In this document: positions 50,481 to 62,449 of the stretch, piece after piece
Layout: the number at the start of each line of letters is the position of its first letter
Numbering within the stretch: the stretch's first letter is position 1
Assembly (NCBI GenBank): GCA_002104905.1
Contig: MCFE01000024.1
Span: forward strand, 62,001 to 126,000
Direction: 5' to 3'
Source of the DNA: Basidiobolus meristosporus CBS 931.73
Lineage: Eukaryota; Fungi; Basidiobolomycota
DNA: 64,000 nucleotides
Program-made: the position numbers and the translations under genes
Notes under the pieces: generated by a model
What the model was told of the DNA's origin: nothing
Databases searched by the model: none
Seen by the model: the letters and a program-made list of their open reading frames with translations, nothing else

Positions 50481-50943
50481 AAAGAGACTGCAATGCTCAC
50501 AAGAATCCAATCTAAGTTCTAGAAGAAAACTACCACTTTTCTGTTGGAAAAGTCCCCTCCAAGAAACCCCTTTACTCTAAAGACACCCCTTTGGGTTAAA
50601 GGTGAGCTCCAAATTTTCATATTAGGAAATAGCATCTCAGAAAGGAAAGTGACATCCCAATAAGGAAAAGTTACTAAAAAGCAAATAAGCCCCACGGTTG
50701 ACAGAAGGTAAGAACACTGCTGTACCAGTGAGAAACATTGTCTACAGTATATTCTGAGCCTAACATTGAGGATATTAGTGAAAGTTAAGTCTTCTATTGG
50801 TATATCAAACTCCCAATAAACTATTTCAGTATTAGCATACAGCAAGTTGTTATATATTGTTGATTAGCCTCTACATTGTAGAACAAGCCCTAAACTAATC
50901 AAAATACAACACAGCAGAGTCCAGCTAGGAGAAGGAATATATT

Positions 50944-51040
50944 AGACTTGTTCCATTGGATAGTGCCACACAATGTCCACCTGTTTATAGTGCTGGATCA
51001 ATCTGGTACTCTATGGCACTATCTGGCACTAAAATATCTG
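50944..51040 (+). mobile_element. Single terminal end related to the foldback element at 55062
   Basis: ATT|AGACTTGTTCCATTGGATAGTGCCACA followed by GGCACTA-type repeats. No partner end found in the window. Confidence 0.7.
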
Positions 51041-51733
51041 CTATGATGCCAGTGGTAGGACACAGTTACTGGTAATCTTACTCAATCTTACATTTGTTGC
51101 TCAGAATAGTGCTTTCCTTGCTTTGTTTACTCTTGATAATGCTCCAGACACATTTCTCTCAGTGGATGTCTTCTTGTATGAATATACTGTGCATCAATAA
51201 GTATCTTGACTATTTTACCTATTCTGCTGTTTTCTCAATTTAGGTGACAACTTAGTAAATACATCAGTTTACTCATCAAATGGTTGTAAAACTTCATCCT
51301 TGAGTGGGGACTGTGATGAGGAAAAGTATACAGACCAGTCAGATGAGTATGTTACTAAGATAACCCCCATGTGGTCTGCAAGCTTGATATTCTCTATTTT
51401 GTCTCAGACAATCACCAACAGCTTGGAATTGCAAGATAGAATCTGATTTGGAATCAAATATTCTTCTACAGCTTTCCAAGTTGACAGAAATTATCTGTAA
51501 AGGAGATATCACTTTACTGAAATCTATTAACAGCTTACTATTGCACTAAACACTTGTATTGCTTTTGGGCAATAAATGAGAGGACAAGATCTTGCTTTTC
51601 TAAATGGGACCCAACTGACACTTCTATAACTCATAAAGTAGTTGGCCATTTGCAAGATTTGCTTATTTGCCTGATCAAAAAGTATGCTTCAAGCAAGGTT
51701 TTGATATCCATGATGATGATATCAGTTAGAAAG

Positions 51734-52026
51734 TGTTTTAAAAACTTATAATTTTACCTAAATATTCACCTAACTTAGTCACTTATATCATCACCTTCAA
51801 ATCCTGGTGAATACTGATCAAATTCCTTGTTGGGATTTACCTAGAATATTTTCACCAAAATACCAGGTACCTAAAAGATGAAAGTTCTCAAAGTTGTCCA
51901 AACAGCACCAAACTTTGCGCACATGTTGTTGGGACCTTCCCAAGCCTACTCTATGTGATTGTAATGCCAAGACCATGTAAAAGTATAAACACTACTTTTA
52001 TATTCAATAAATCATCAAGTGAAAAC
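51734..52026 (+). repeat. Copia 5' LTR truncated by nested LTR at 52027
   Basis: LTR homology up to AAGTGAAAAC, then a new TGTTGTAA; left flank is GAAAG. Confidence 0.88.
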
Positions 52027-55000
52027 TGTTGTAAAAATTTGCAATTCCACTTGAATATTCACCTAACTAGTTTCTTATATCATTACCTTCAAACTCTAGG
52101 GAATACTGACCAAATTCCTTGGCGGGTTTACTCAGAATATTTTCACCAAAATACCAAGTACCCAGAACAGGTAAATTAGATAAGTGGTCCAAACAGCCCC
52201 ACACTTTGCACACATGTTCTTGGGACCTTTCTTAACCTATTCTATATGCTTGCTACACCAAGACTATGTAAATGTATAAATACTACCCTTGCATTGAATT
52301 ATTCATTAAGTGAAAGCCACACAATCTACTTGTTCTCCCAATCACTTCCAATATCTCCAAGACTCCTACAACACAATGTGAGCCCTGAGCTGCCACTCTC
52401 TGCAAAGTCTATTACAGCTATTAGTGGAATTTTTCTCTCTGCTGAAAGTTGGTTGGATCTAACTACCAAGTGGGGAAGATGAAGTAGATGCTACTACAAG
52501 AAAGAGGCCTTTGGGATATTGTCATGGGAGAAGAATGCCCTCCTAAAAATATGGGAGAGGAAGCCTTGAAGTAACAGAAGAAAGTACAAAAGACCTTCAA
52601 CTGCATATGCCTCAATGTTAAAGACAAATAGCTAATTCAATGCTCAAGAGCAAAAACAGCAAAGAATGCCTGGAAGGCATTAGAAGACATCTATCAGTCA
52701 TGTTCAGCTGCTAAGAGAATGTATCTTAATTGAAAATTCTTTACTATTAAGATGCCCCAAGGAAAAGAAATAAAAAATCCAATTAACAGAATAACTTGTT
52801 GGTGGAAGAGATGGAATCTGCAGGCATACCAACTACTGATGGGGATGTGATAGTAACCACCCTGAATAGCCTGAAAGACAAGTTTCAGGGCCTTTTATCA
52901 GCCCTAGAGTCCAGAACTGAAGATTTGATCTTGAATCTTGTATATGGAAGGCTCCTGGATGAAGAATTAAGAAAATCAAGTGCAAATAAGAAGGAAGAAG
53001 AAAATGCCTTAATAAGCAATGAAAACCAACAAAGGAGATACTCCAGACCTTTCAAAGGCAACAGCAACCTGTTTTTTAACTACTGCAAAAGGAAAAGACA
53101 CACATCAGACCTGTACTTCAAAAAGTGAGATAGTCAGCAGAAAAAGCCTGAATATGGAAATGCTGCAACAACTGAAGATAGACTACTCACATCTGCACTA
53201 AATATGACCACAAACAAGGATTCTCAGATGTGGTATATTGACTCTGGAGCATCTCAACATCTTACACACAAAAAGAATTTTTACCCAACATCAAGAAATT
53301 CCAATCAAGAAGGTTTTCATGGGTGACAATAGGACACTTGAAGCAGTGGGAGAAGGAACTATCAATAAGACCTTAGAAGCAGTGGAGGAAGCCATACACT
53401 GACTTTTAAAGAAGTACTCCATGTACCATACACAGCCAAGAACCTACTATCTGTAAGCAAGGCCACAGCAGAAGGACTCAGTTTCAGCTTTGACAATTCA
53501 GGATGCAGGATCACTGATCAAAATGGTGCCCATATTGCTTTGGGTATCAGAGATCAGAATATATACAAGTTGACTTATATTCCATCATATCTGAAAGCCA
53601 ATTTAAGTAACTTAAATGAGAAAACACTAATGCTTTGGTGCAGGAGAATTGGACACATCATTTGATTATTTGTATTAAATGGTAAAAGATCAGCTAATTT
53701 CCAGAGTAAAAACTAATCCCCCAGCTAGTTTAGAGCACTGTGAGGCCTGCATATATGGCAAACAAGATAGACAATTGTTCAAGAGCTCTGGGTTAATCAA
53801 AACTAAGCAAAAATTAGATCTAATTCACTCAGATCTGTGTGGACCTATGCAAAATTTATCCTTAAGTGGGATGAAGAATTAAATTACTTTTATTGATGAT
53901 TATACAAGATACCCACGGGTCTACTTCATGGAGAGAAAGGAAGAAGCTCTGTCTAAGCTCAGGGAGTTTAAAGCCATGGTGGAGGGAGAAACTGGTGAAA
54001 AAAATCAAGAAAATATATTCTGACAATGGTAGACAAAATACCTCAAAGGTCTTCATCCACTTCTGCAAGATTCATGGGATAAAGCAAGTGACTACTGTGC
54101 CATACTTCCCACAGCAAAATGGAGTAGCAGAATGTGCAAACAGATCAGTAACTGATATGGCAAGATCTATGATGCATGATCAAAAATTATCCTATCATTT
54201 TTGGGTGGAATCAGTTGCCACAGCTGTATAACTTAAAAATAGGAGTTACAACAGAATACTTTGTGATTCTACTCCATTTGAAGCATGGTATGGATACAGA
54301 CCAAGTGCAGAACATCTAAGAATATTTGGGTGTACAGCATATGCCAAGAAACTGCCAGGAAATCAGTCAAAATTTGAGCCAAAAAGTGTAAAATGCATAT
54401 TATTTGGCTACTGCAATGAGAGTAAAGCATACAGACTCTACAATACCAAAGTAATGAAGCTAACCAAGTCCAAGGATATGTTTTTTGATGCCAATCCAAA
54501 ATTTCACAAAAAATGACATCAGATGATGACAGAAATTTGATCTCAAGTCCCCCAATAGTCAGAATTAAATCAGAGCAAAAAAATGTAATATTTTTCACTA
54601 CTGAGGACTTTACAACCATGGTCAGCCTGAATCAGTGCTGAGGAATATCACAGAAGTGATTGTTCCAGTACCAAATGCCTGAAGATCCAACCAGACAAGA
54701 AATAGTCCAAATCACTATATCAATGAAGGTACAAACTTAGCCTATGCCTATTCAGTCCATATTGATGAACCCCAGACTTTAAAAGAGGCCCTAAATAGCC
54801 CTCAGACAAGGTTTTGTAGATCTGCAATGACTGAGGAATATCAGGCCCTGATGGAAAATCAAACATGGGACTTAGTCAAATTACCAATCAACCAAAAATC
54901 AATTGGATGCAAATGGGTCTTCAAGACTAATACAAGGTTGCTGGTACAATTGAAAGATACAAAGCAAGACTTGTGGCCAAAGGATACTCTCAAACAAATG

Positions 55001-56476
55001 GACTTGACTATACTGAGACCTTTACATTGGTAGCCAAGTTTAATCCCATCAGATTGACATTAGACTTGTTCCGTTGGATAGTGCCACATTGAGCCATGAG
55101 TGCCAAATAGTGCCATAGTGTGCCTGAGAGTCATAGCAGACCTAAACTTGGCCACAGATTGTGGCATATAGTTCTGCATATTCATGCAAAGCAGCCCCTG
55201 TGTTTCACCTATGGTGCAGGAGAAAATCAATTTTTTTACCTTTTTTTTGGGATCAAAATTGTGCATGACATAAAAGAGCACAGACAGACTGAAGATATGC
55301 ATCTGGTACACAATACCCATGGCACTCTAAATCTAGCCCCACAGGCTTGTAGCATGTCACAAAAATGCATGGCACTATCTTGGTCCACTGGTACTATCTG
55401 GCACTATATTTAAATATTAGGCCTAAAGTAGAACCTATACAAAGCACTTATAGTGCCAGATAGTACCAGTGGACCAAGATAGTGCCATGCATTTTTGTGA
55501 CATGCTACAAGCCTGTGGGGCTAGATTTAGAGTGCCATGGGTATTATGTACCAGATGCATATCTTCAGTCTGTCTGTGCTCTATTACGTCATGCACAATT
55601 TTGATCCCAAAAAAAAGGTAAAAAAATTGATTTTCTCCCGCACAGTAGGTGAAACACAGGGGCTGCTTTGCATGAATATGCAGAACTATATGTCACACTC
55701 TGTGGCCAAGTTTAGGTCTGCTATGACTCTCAGGCACACTATGGCACTATTTGGCACTCATGGCTCAATGTGGCACTATCCAACGGAACAAGTCTATTGG
55801 CTATTGCAGCCAAATATAAGTTTTTTGTTCATCAAATGGATGTAAAAACTGAGTTTTTGAATGGAGAACTTGATGAGGATGTGTATATGAGCCAGCCTGA
55901 TGGGTTTGCTGACCAAGATAACCCCCATTTGGTCTGCAAGCTTAAAAGTCTCTATATGGTTTCAAACAATCACCAAGAGCCTGGGATTGCAAGATATATT
56001 CTTATTTGGAATCTTCAAATTTCAAAAGGAGTAATGCTCACCATGGTATATACTATATGCCAGATAGGGCAAGTCCAGTTCTATTAGCTTTATATGTGGA
56101 TGACTTTATTATAGCTGCCAATAACCTAGCAACATTGGATGAGAATAAATCCTGCCTATCTAAAGAGTTCAGGATGTCCTATCTAGGAGAACTCAGTTAC
56201 TATTTAAGGATAAAATTCTCCATAGACAGACAAATGCAGACTATCACCCTAAGCCAATCCAAGTATACTCAAGATATATTAAAGAAGTACCAAATGGAAG
56301 ACTGTAAACCAGCAGCTACCTCAATGGAGACAAGCCTTAACTTGGTCAAAACTCAACCAAATCAAGAGAGCTTGGTGCCATCTGTAAGCACAGACTTTCC
56401 TTATCAATCTATGGTTGGGAGTCTGATGTATATCATGCTTACAACACATTCAGATATCTCGTATTTAGTGGGAGTT
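52027..56476 (+). mobile_element. Defective Ty1/copia (LTR 52027-52373, gag-PR-IN-RT), interrupted by a foldback element and cut at 56477
   Basis: Same domains as the other copies with many stops and frameshifts; RT motifs VHQMDVKT and LYVDD. Confidence 0.92.
55062..55795. mobile_element. Non-autonomous foldback/MITE-like DNA element, 347-bp inverted arms, 40-bp spacer, 3-bp TSD ATT
   Basis: Arms 55062-55408 and 55449-55795 are reverse complements with roughly ten mismatches. ATT lies at 55059-61 and 55796-98. Removing the element restores the copia RT frame (TTG ACA TTG GCT, cf. 59864-59876). Confidence 0.92.
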
Positions 56477-59400
56477 TGTTGTAAAATTTGTATTTCCACC
56501 TAAATATTCACCTAACTTAGTCACTAAGATCATTACCTTCAAATCCTAGAGAATACTGACCAAATTCCTTGTTGGGATTTACTTAGAATATTTTCAACAA
56601 AATACCAGGTACCCAGAACATGAAATTCTCAAAGCTGTCCAAACAGCCCCAAACTTTGCACACATGTTCTTGGGACCTTCTGTAACCTGTTCTACATGTT
56701 TGCTATGCCAAGACCATGTAAAAGTATAAATACTACTTTTACATTCAATAAATCATTAAGTGAAAACCATATAATCTACTTGTCCTCTCAATCACTTCCA
56801 ATATCTCCAAGACTCTTACAACAGGTTATGAGCCCCAAGCTGTCACTCTCTGCAATGTCTACTACTGCAATTACTAGAATTTTTCCCACTGCTGAAAAGT
56901 TGGATGGATCTAACTACCAAGTGTGGAAGGTGAAGATTAAAATGCTGCTACAAGAAAGAGGCCTTTGGGATATTGTCATGAGAGAAGGATGCCCTCCTAA
57001 AAATGTGGGAGAGGATGTCTAAAAGTACCAGAAGAAAGAACAAAGTGCCTCTCACTGCATTTACCTTAATGTTAAAGGCAAATTGCTAATTCAATGCTCA
57101 AGAGCAAAAACAGCAAAAAATGCCTGGAAGGCATTAGAAGACACCTACCAGTCATGTTCAGCTGCTAAGAAAATGTATCTGAGACAAAAATTCTTTACTA
57201 CAAAGATGCTGCCAGGAGAAGAAATGAGAATCTAATTAACAGAACTACCCTGCTGGTAGATGAGATGGAATCTGTGGGCGTACCAACTACTGATGAGGAT
57301 GTGATAGTTACCATCCTGAAAAGCCTGACAAACATGTCTCAGGGCCTTGTATCAGCCCTAGAGTCCAGAACTGAAGATTTGATCTTGAATTTTGTATATA
57401 GAAGGCTCCTGGATGAAGAATTAAGAAAGTCAAGCACCAATAAGAAGGAAGAAGAAAATGCTTTAATAAGCAATGATAACCAACAAAGGAGGTACCCAAG
57501 ACCCTACAAAGGCAATAGCAACCTGTTTTGTAACTACTGCAAAAGGAAAGGACACATATTACACCTGTGTCTCAAAAAGAAAGACAATCAGCAAAAGAAG
57601 CCTGAATATGGAAATGCTAAAACAACTGAAGATAGACTATTCATATCTGCATTAAATATGACCACAAACAAGGATTCTCAGACATGGTATATTGACTCTG
57701 GAGCATCTCAACACTTTACACACCAAAAAGAACATTTTACCCAATATGAAGAAATTCCAATCAAGAAGGTTTTCATGGGTCACAATAGAACACTTGATGC
57801 AGTGGGAGAAGGAACTATCCAAGTAAACCTTAGAAGCAATGAAGGAAGCCATACACTGACTTTTAAAGAAGTACTCTATGTACCAGAAATAGCCAAGAAC
57901 CTAATATCTGTAAGCAAGGCCACAGCAGAAGGACTCAGTTTCAGCTTTGACAATTCTGGATGCAAGATCACTGATCAAAATGGTGCCAATATTGCTTTGG
58001 GTATCAGAGATCAGAATCTATACAAGTTGACTTATATTCCATCATATTAAGAAGTCAATATAAGTAACTTCAATGAAGAAACACTAATGCTCTGGCACAG
58101 GAGATTTGGGCACATCATTTTGATTATTTGCGCAAAATGATCAAAGATCAGCTAATTTCTGGAGTAAAAATTGATCCCCCAGCTAATTTAGAGCACTGTG
58201 AAGCCTGCATATATGGGAAACAAGCCAGACAACCATTCAAGAGCTCTGGGTTAATCAAAACTAAGAAAAAATTAGATCTAATTCACTCAGATCTGTGTGG
58301 ACCTATGCAAAATTTATCCTTAGGTGGGATGAAGTATTTAATCACTTTTATTGATGATTATACAAGATACACATGGGTCTACTTCATGGAGAGAAAGGAA
58401 CAAGCTCTGTCTAAGCTCAGGGAGTTTAAAGCCATGGTGGAGAGAGATGTTGTAAAATTTGTATTTCCACCTAAATATTCACCTAACTTAGTCACGTAGA
58501 TCATTACCCTCAAATCCTGGAGAATACTGACCAAATTCCTTGTCAGGATTTACTTAGAATATTTTCACCAAAAATACCAGGTACCCAGAACATGAAAATT
58601 CTCAAAGTTGTCCAAACAGCCTCAAACTTTGCACACATGTTCTTGGGACTTTCCTTAACCTATTCTATGTGCTTGTAATGCCAAGACCAGGTAAAAGTAT
58701 AAATACTACTTTTACATTTAATAAATCATTAAGTGAAAACCACATAATCTACTTGTCCTCCCAATCACTTCCAATATCTCCAAGACTCTTACAACAAGAG
58801 AAACTGGTGAAAAAATCAAGAAAATACGCTCTGACAATGGTGGAGAATATACCTCAAAACTCTTCATCCACTTCTGCAAAATTCATGGGATAAAGCAAGA
58901 CACTACTGTACCATACTCCCCACAGCAAAATGGAGTAGCAGAACGTGCTAACAGATCAATAATTGATATGGCAAGATCTATGATGCGTGATCAAAAATTA
59001 TCCTATCATTTTGAGTGGAATCAGTTGCCACAGCTGTATATCTTAAAAGTAGGAGTTATAACAGAATACTTCATGATTCTACTCTGTTTGAAGCATGGTA
59101 TGGATACAGACCAAGTGTGGAACATCTAAGAATATCTGGGTGTACAGCATATGCCAAGAAACTGCCCGGAAATCAGTCAAAATTTGAGCCAAAAAGTACA
59201 AGATGCATATTATTGGGCTACTGCAATGAGAGTAAAGCATACAGACTCTACAATACCAAAGTAAAGAAGCTAATCAAGTCCAGGGATGTATTGTTTGATG
59301 TCAATCCAAAATTTCACAAAATATGACATCAAATGATGACAAAAATTTGATCTCATGTCCCCCAATAGTGAGAATTAAATCAGAGCAAAAAATGAAATAT

Positions 59401-61496
59401 TTTTCACTGCAGAGGACTCTACAAACATGGTTCAGCCTGAATCAGTGCTGAGGAATATCACAGATGTGATCATTCCAGTATCAAATGCCTGAAGATCCAA
59501 TCAGACAAGAAATAATCCAAATCACTATATCAATGAAGGTACAAACTTGGCCTATGCCTATTCACCCCATATTGATGAACCCCAGACTGTAAAAGAGGCC
59601 CTAAATAGCCCTCAGACAAGGTTTTGTAGATCTGCAATGACTGAGGAATATCAGGCCTTGATGGAAAATCAAACTTGGGACTTAGTCAAATTACCAATCA
59701 ACCAAAAATCAATTGGATGCAAATGGGTCTTCAAGACTAATACAAGGTTGCTGGTACAATTGAAAGATACAAAGCAAGACTTGTGGCCAAAGGATACTCT
59801 CAAACAAATGGACTTGACTATACTGAGACCTTTGCATTGGTAGCCAAGTTTAATCCCATCAGATTGAAATTGGCTATTGCAGCCAAATATAAGTTTTTTG
59901 TTCATCAAATGGATGTAAAAACTGCATTTTGAATGGAGAACTTGATGAGGATGTGCATATGAGCCAGCCTGATGGGTTTGCTGACTAAGATAACCCCTAT
60001 TTGGCCTGCAAGTTTAATAAGTCACTATGGTTTCAAACAATCACCAAGAGCCTGGAATTGCAAGATAGATCCTTATTTGGAATCTTTAAGTTTCAAGAGG
60101 AGTAATGCTCACTATGGTATATATTATAAGCCAGATAGGGCAAGTCCAGTTCTATTAGCTCTATATGTGGATGATTTTATTATAGCCACCAATAACCTAG
60201 CAACATTGTATGAGACTAAATCCTGCCTATCTAAAGAGCTCAGGATGTCCAATCTAGGAGAGCTCAGTTACTACCTAAGGATAAAATTCTCCATAGACAG
60301 AAGTACCCAGACTATCACCCTAAGCCAATCCAAGTATACTCAAGAAATACTAAAGAAGTACAAAATGGAAGACTGTAAACCAGCAACTACCTCAATGGAG
60401 ACAAGCCTTAACTTGGTCAAAACTCAACCAAACCAAGAGAGCTTGGTGCCATCTGAAAGCACTAACTTTCCTTATCAATCTACAGATGGCAGTCTGATGT
60501 ATATCATGCTTGGACACATTCAGATATCTCATATTCAGTGGGAGCTGTCAGCCAACATTATCAGAACTATGGATCTGATCATATTGCAGCAGTTGAGCAG
60601 ATTTTTAGGTACCTAAAAGGAACTACGGATATCTGCTTAAGATACACTTATAACGATTTTGAAAAGGATCTTGTGGGATACTCAGATGCTGATTGGGAAC
60701 AAAACTTGGAAGACAGAAGATCCACCACAGGATACACCTTTCTTTACTGTCAAGCAGCAATTTCATGGAATTCAGGAAAGCAACCAACCATAGCACTTTC
60801 CACCACAGAGGCAGAGTATATGGCAGCCTGTGAAGCTACAAAAGAAGCAATGTGGTTAAGAAAGCTTTTAACATATTTAGGCCTATGTCAAAAAATGCCT
60901 ATCACTTTATTTCAAGATAATCAAGGATGTATACAATTAGGTAGAAATCCAACTCTTCATGCTAGAACTAAGCACCTAGATATTAGACAACATTTTATAC
61001 ATGAAGCTATAGAGAGTAGCTTAGTTAGCTTAGTTTACTGCCCTTCACATTAAATGATTACAGACATATTTACAAAACCATTAGCTAGAGACAAGTTTGA
61101 ATATCTTAGGTCAAAATTAGGACTAGTCAGTATGAACATTTAGCTGAGTGGGAGTGCTGTAAAAATTTGTATTTCCACTTAAATATTCACCTAACTTAGT
61201 CACTTAGATCATTACCTTCAAATCCTAGAGAATACTGACCAAATTCCTTGTCGGGATTTACTTGGAATATTTACCCAGAACATGAAAATTTGATAAGTTG
61301 TCCAAACAGCCCCAAACTTTGCACACATGTTCTTGGGACCTTCCTTAGCCTATTCTATGTGTTTATAATGCCAAGACCATGTAAAAGTATAAATACTACT
61401 TTTACATTCAATAAATCATTAAGTGAGAACCACAAAATCTACTTGTCCTCCCAATCACTTCCAATATATCCAAGACTTATACAACAGAAAGTAGAA
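56477..61496 (+). mobile_element. Full-length-structure Ty1/copia (LTRs 56477-56823 and 61155-61496), defective gag-pol
   Basis: PBS GGTTATGAGCCC at 56824; all domains present through RNase H (YSDADW, STTEAEY, TKHLDIRQHFI); PPT GAGTGGGAG. Flanks GAGTT and GAAAG do not match each other. Confidence 0.95.
58448..58796 (+). repeat. Solo copia LTR with TSD AGAGA inside integrase
   Basis: AGAGA at 58443-47 and 58797-801; the integrase sequence (VERETGEKIK) resumes. Confidence 0.93.
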
Positions 61497-62449
61497 TTAG
61501 GATTTGAGGGCAGTTTGTGACTTTCTTTCCCAACTTACATTTTGGCACATTGATGCATATGGTATCAGAACAAATGTGTATTGTGTGAAACTTGCTGCTC
61601 ACAAACAGGATGGTAATCCATGAATAAGTGTATGCAAAGTGTTGGGTTTTTATGTATTTTTTATCTTTACACTAACCTGCCGGTTCCTAGAAATTCTAAG
61701 ACCTTCATCATACTTTTAATCATTATTCAAGATATAGGCCGTTCATAGCATTCCCTATAAAAAATCCCCAACTTGGAATTCATCTGATTTTCAGCTGGTA
61801 TTCTGATGGTATTTTGCAGGTATTTTTGGTTCAAAATTTCAAATGCAATTTTTGATGGAAGTAATGGGTAGCTAATTACCAAATTTGGTATGGATGCTAG
61901 TTGGCCCAGTCTCCTCCAGCAGAATTTGTTTACTTGCCTGCCCATCATCTTACAACAGAAATATTGAGAGTTGTCAATTCTGAGAAACTTGGAATTCAGC
62001 TGATATTACGGTGGTATTTTGCTGGCCTTTTCTTAACTTTTTTCTTAGGGATTAAGCTGGTTGCTTGCAATTGACATCCATTCATACATGTGTTATAATT
62101 ATCTTACTTTTGTAAACAGGCAGAATGGGAAACTGGTAAGTGGTTTGGAGTATTTGAGAAAGTTTACGTGAGTGGATTTAGCAAGTAATGCAAAAACAAC
62201 GAGGGAATGTGATGAACAACTCTTTGGAACAAAATTGATAAAGTTTGGTGTTGTTTCTATCAAATCAGCATCTTGACGATTTTAAGGAATTATCATGCAT
62301 GACTAATTCCCATTTCAATCTTAATTCAAACAAATCGACCGTGCAATATCAGTTGAACAGTTAAGTGCATCAGTAACTGGTTGTAGTACTTTCCCCTTTT
62401 AATTCCGAAGTACCCCTGTTCCCTCAATCCCACTTGCCTCATCTTGGTT

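Noticed and set aside
55060-55845. Two nearly identical 86/102-aa ORFs on opposite strands
   Set aside because: They are a mirror artifact of the foldback palindrome; there is no coding evidence.
37532-61496. Regularly recurring ~350-bp repeats as a CRISPR-like or satellite array
   Set aside because: They are LTRs with TG..CA ends, PBS/PPT and TSDs, separated by retroelement coding sequence.
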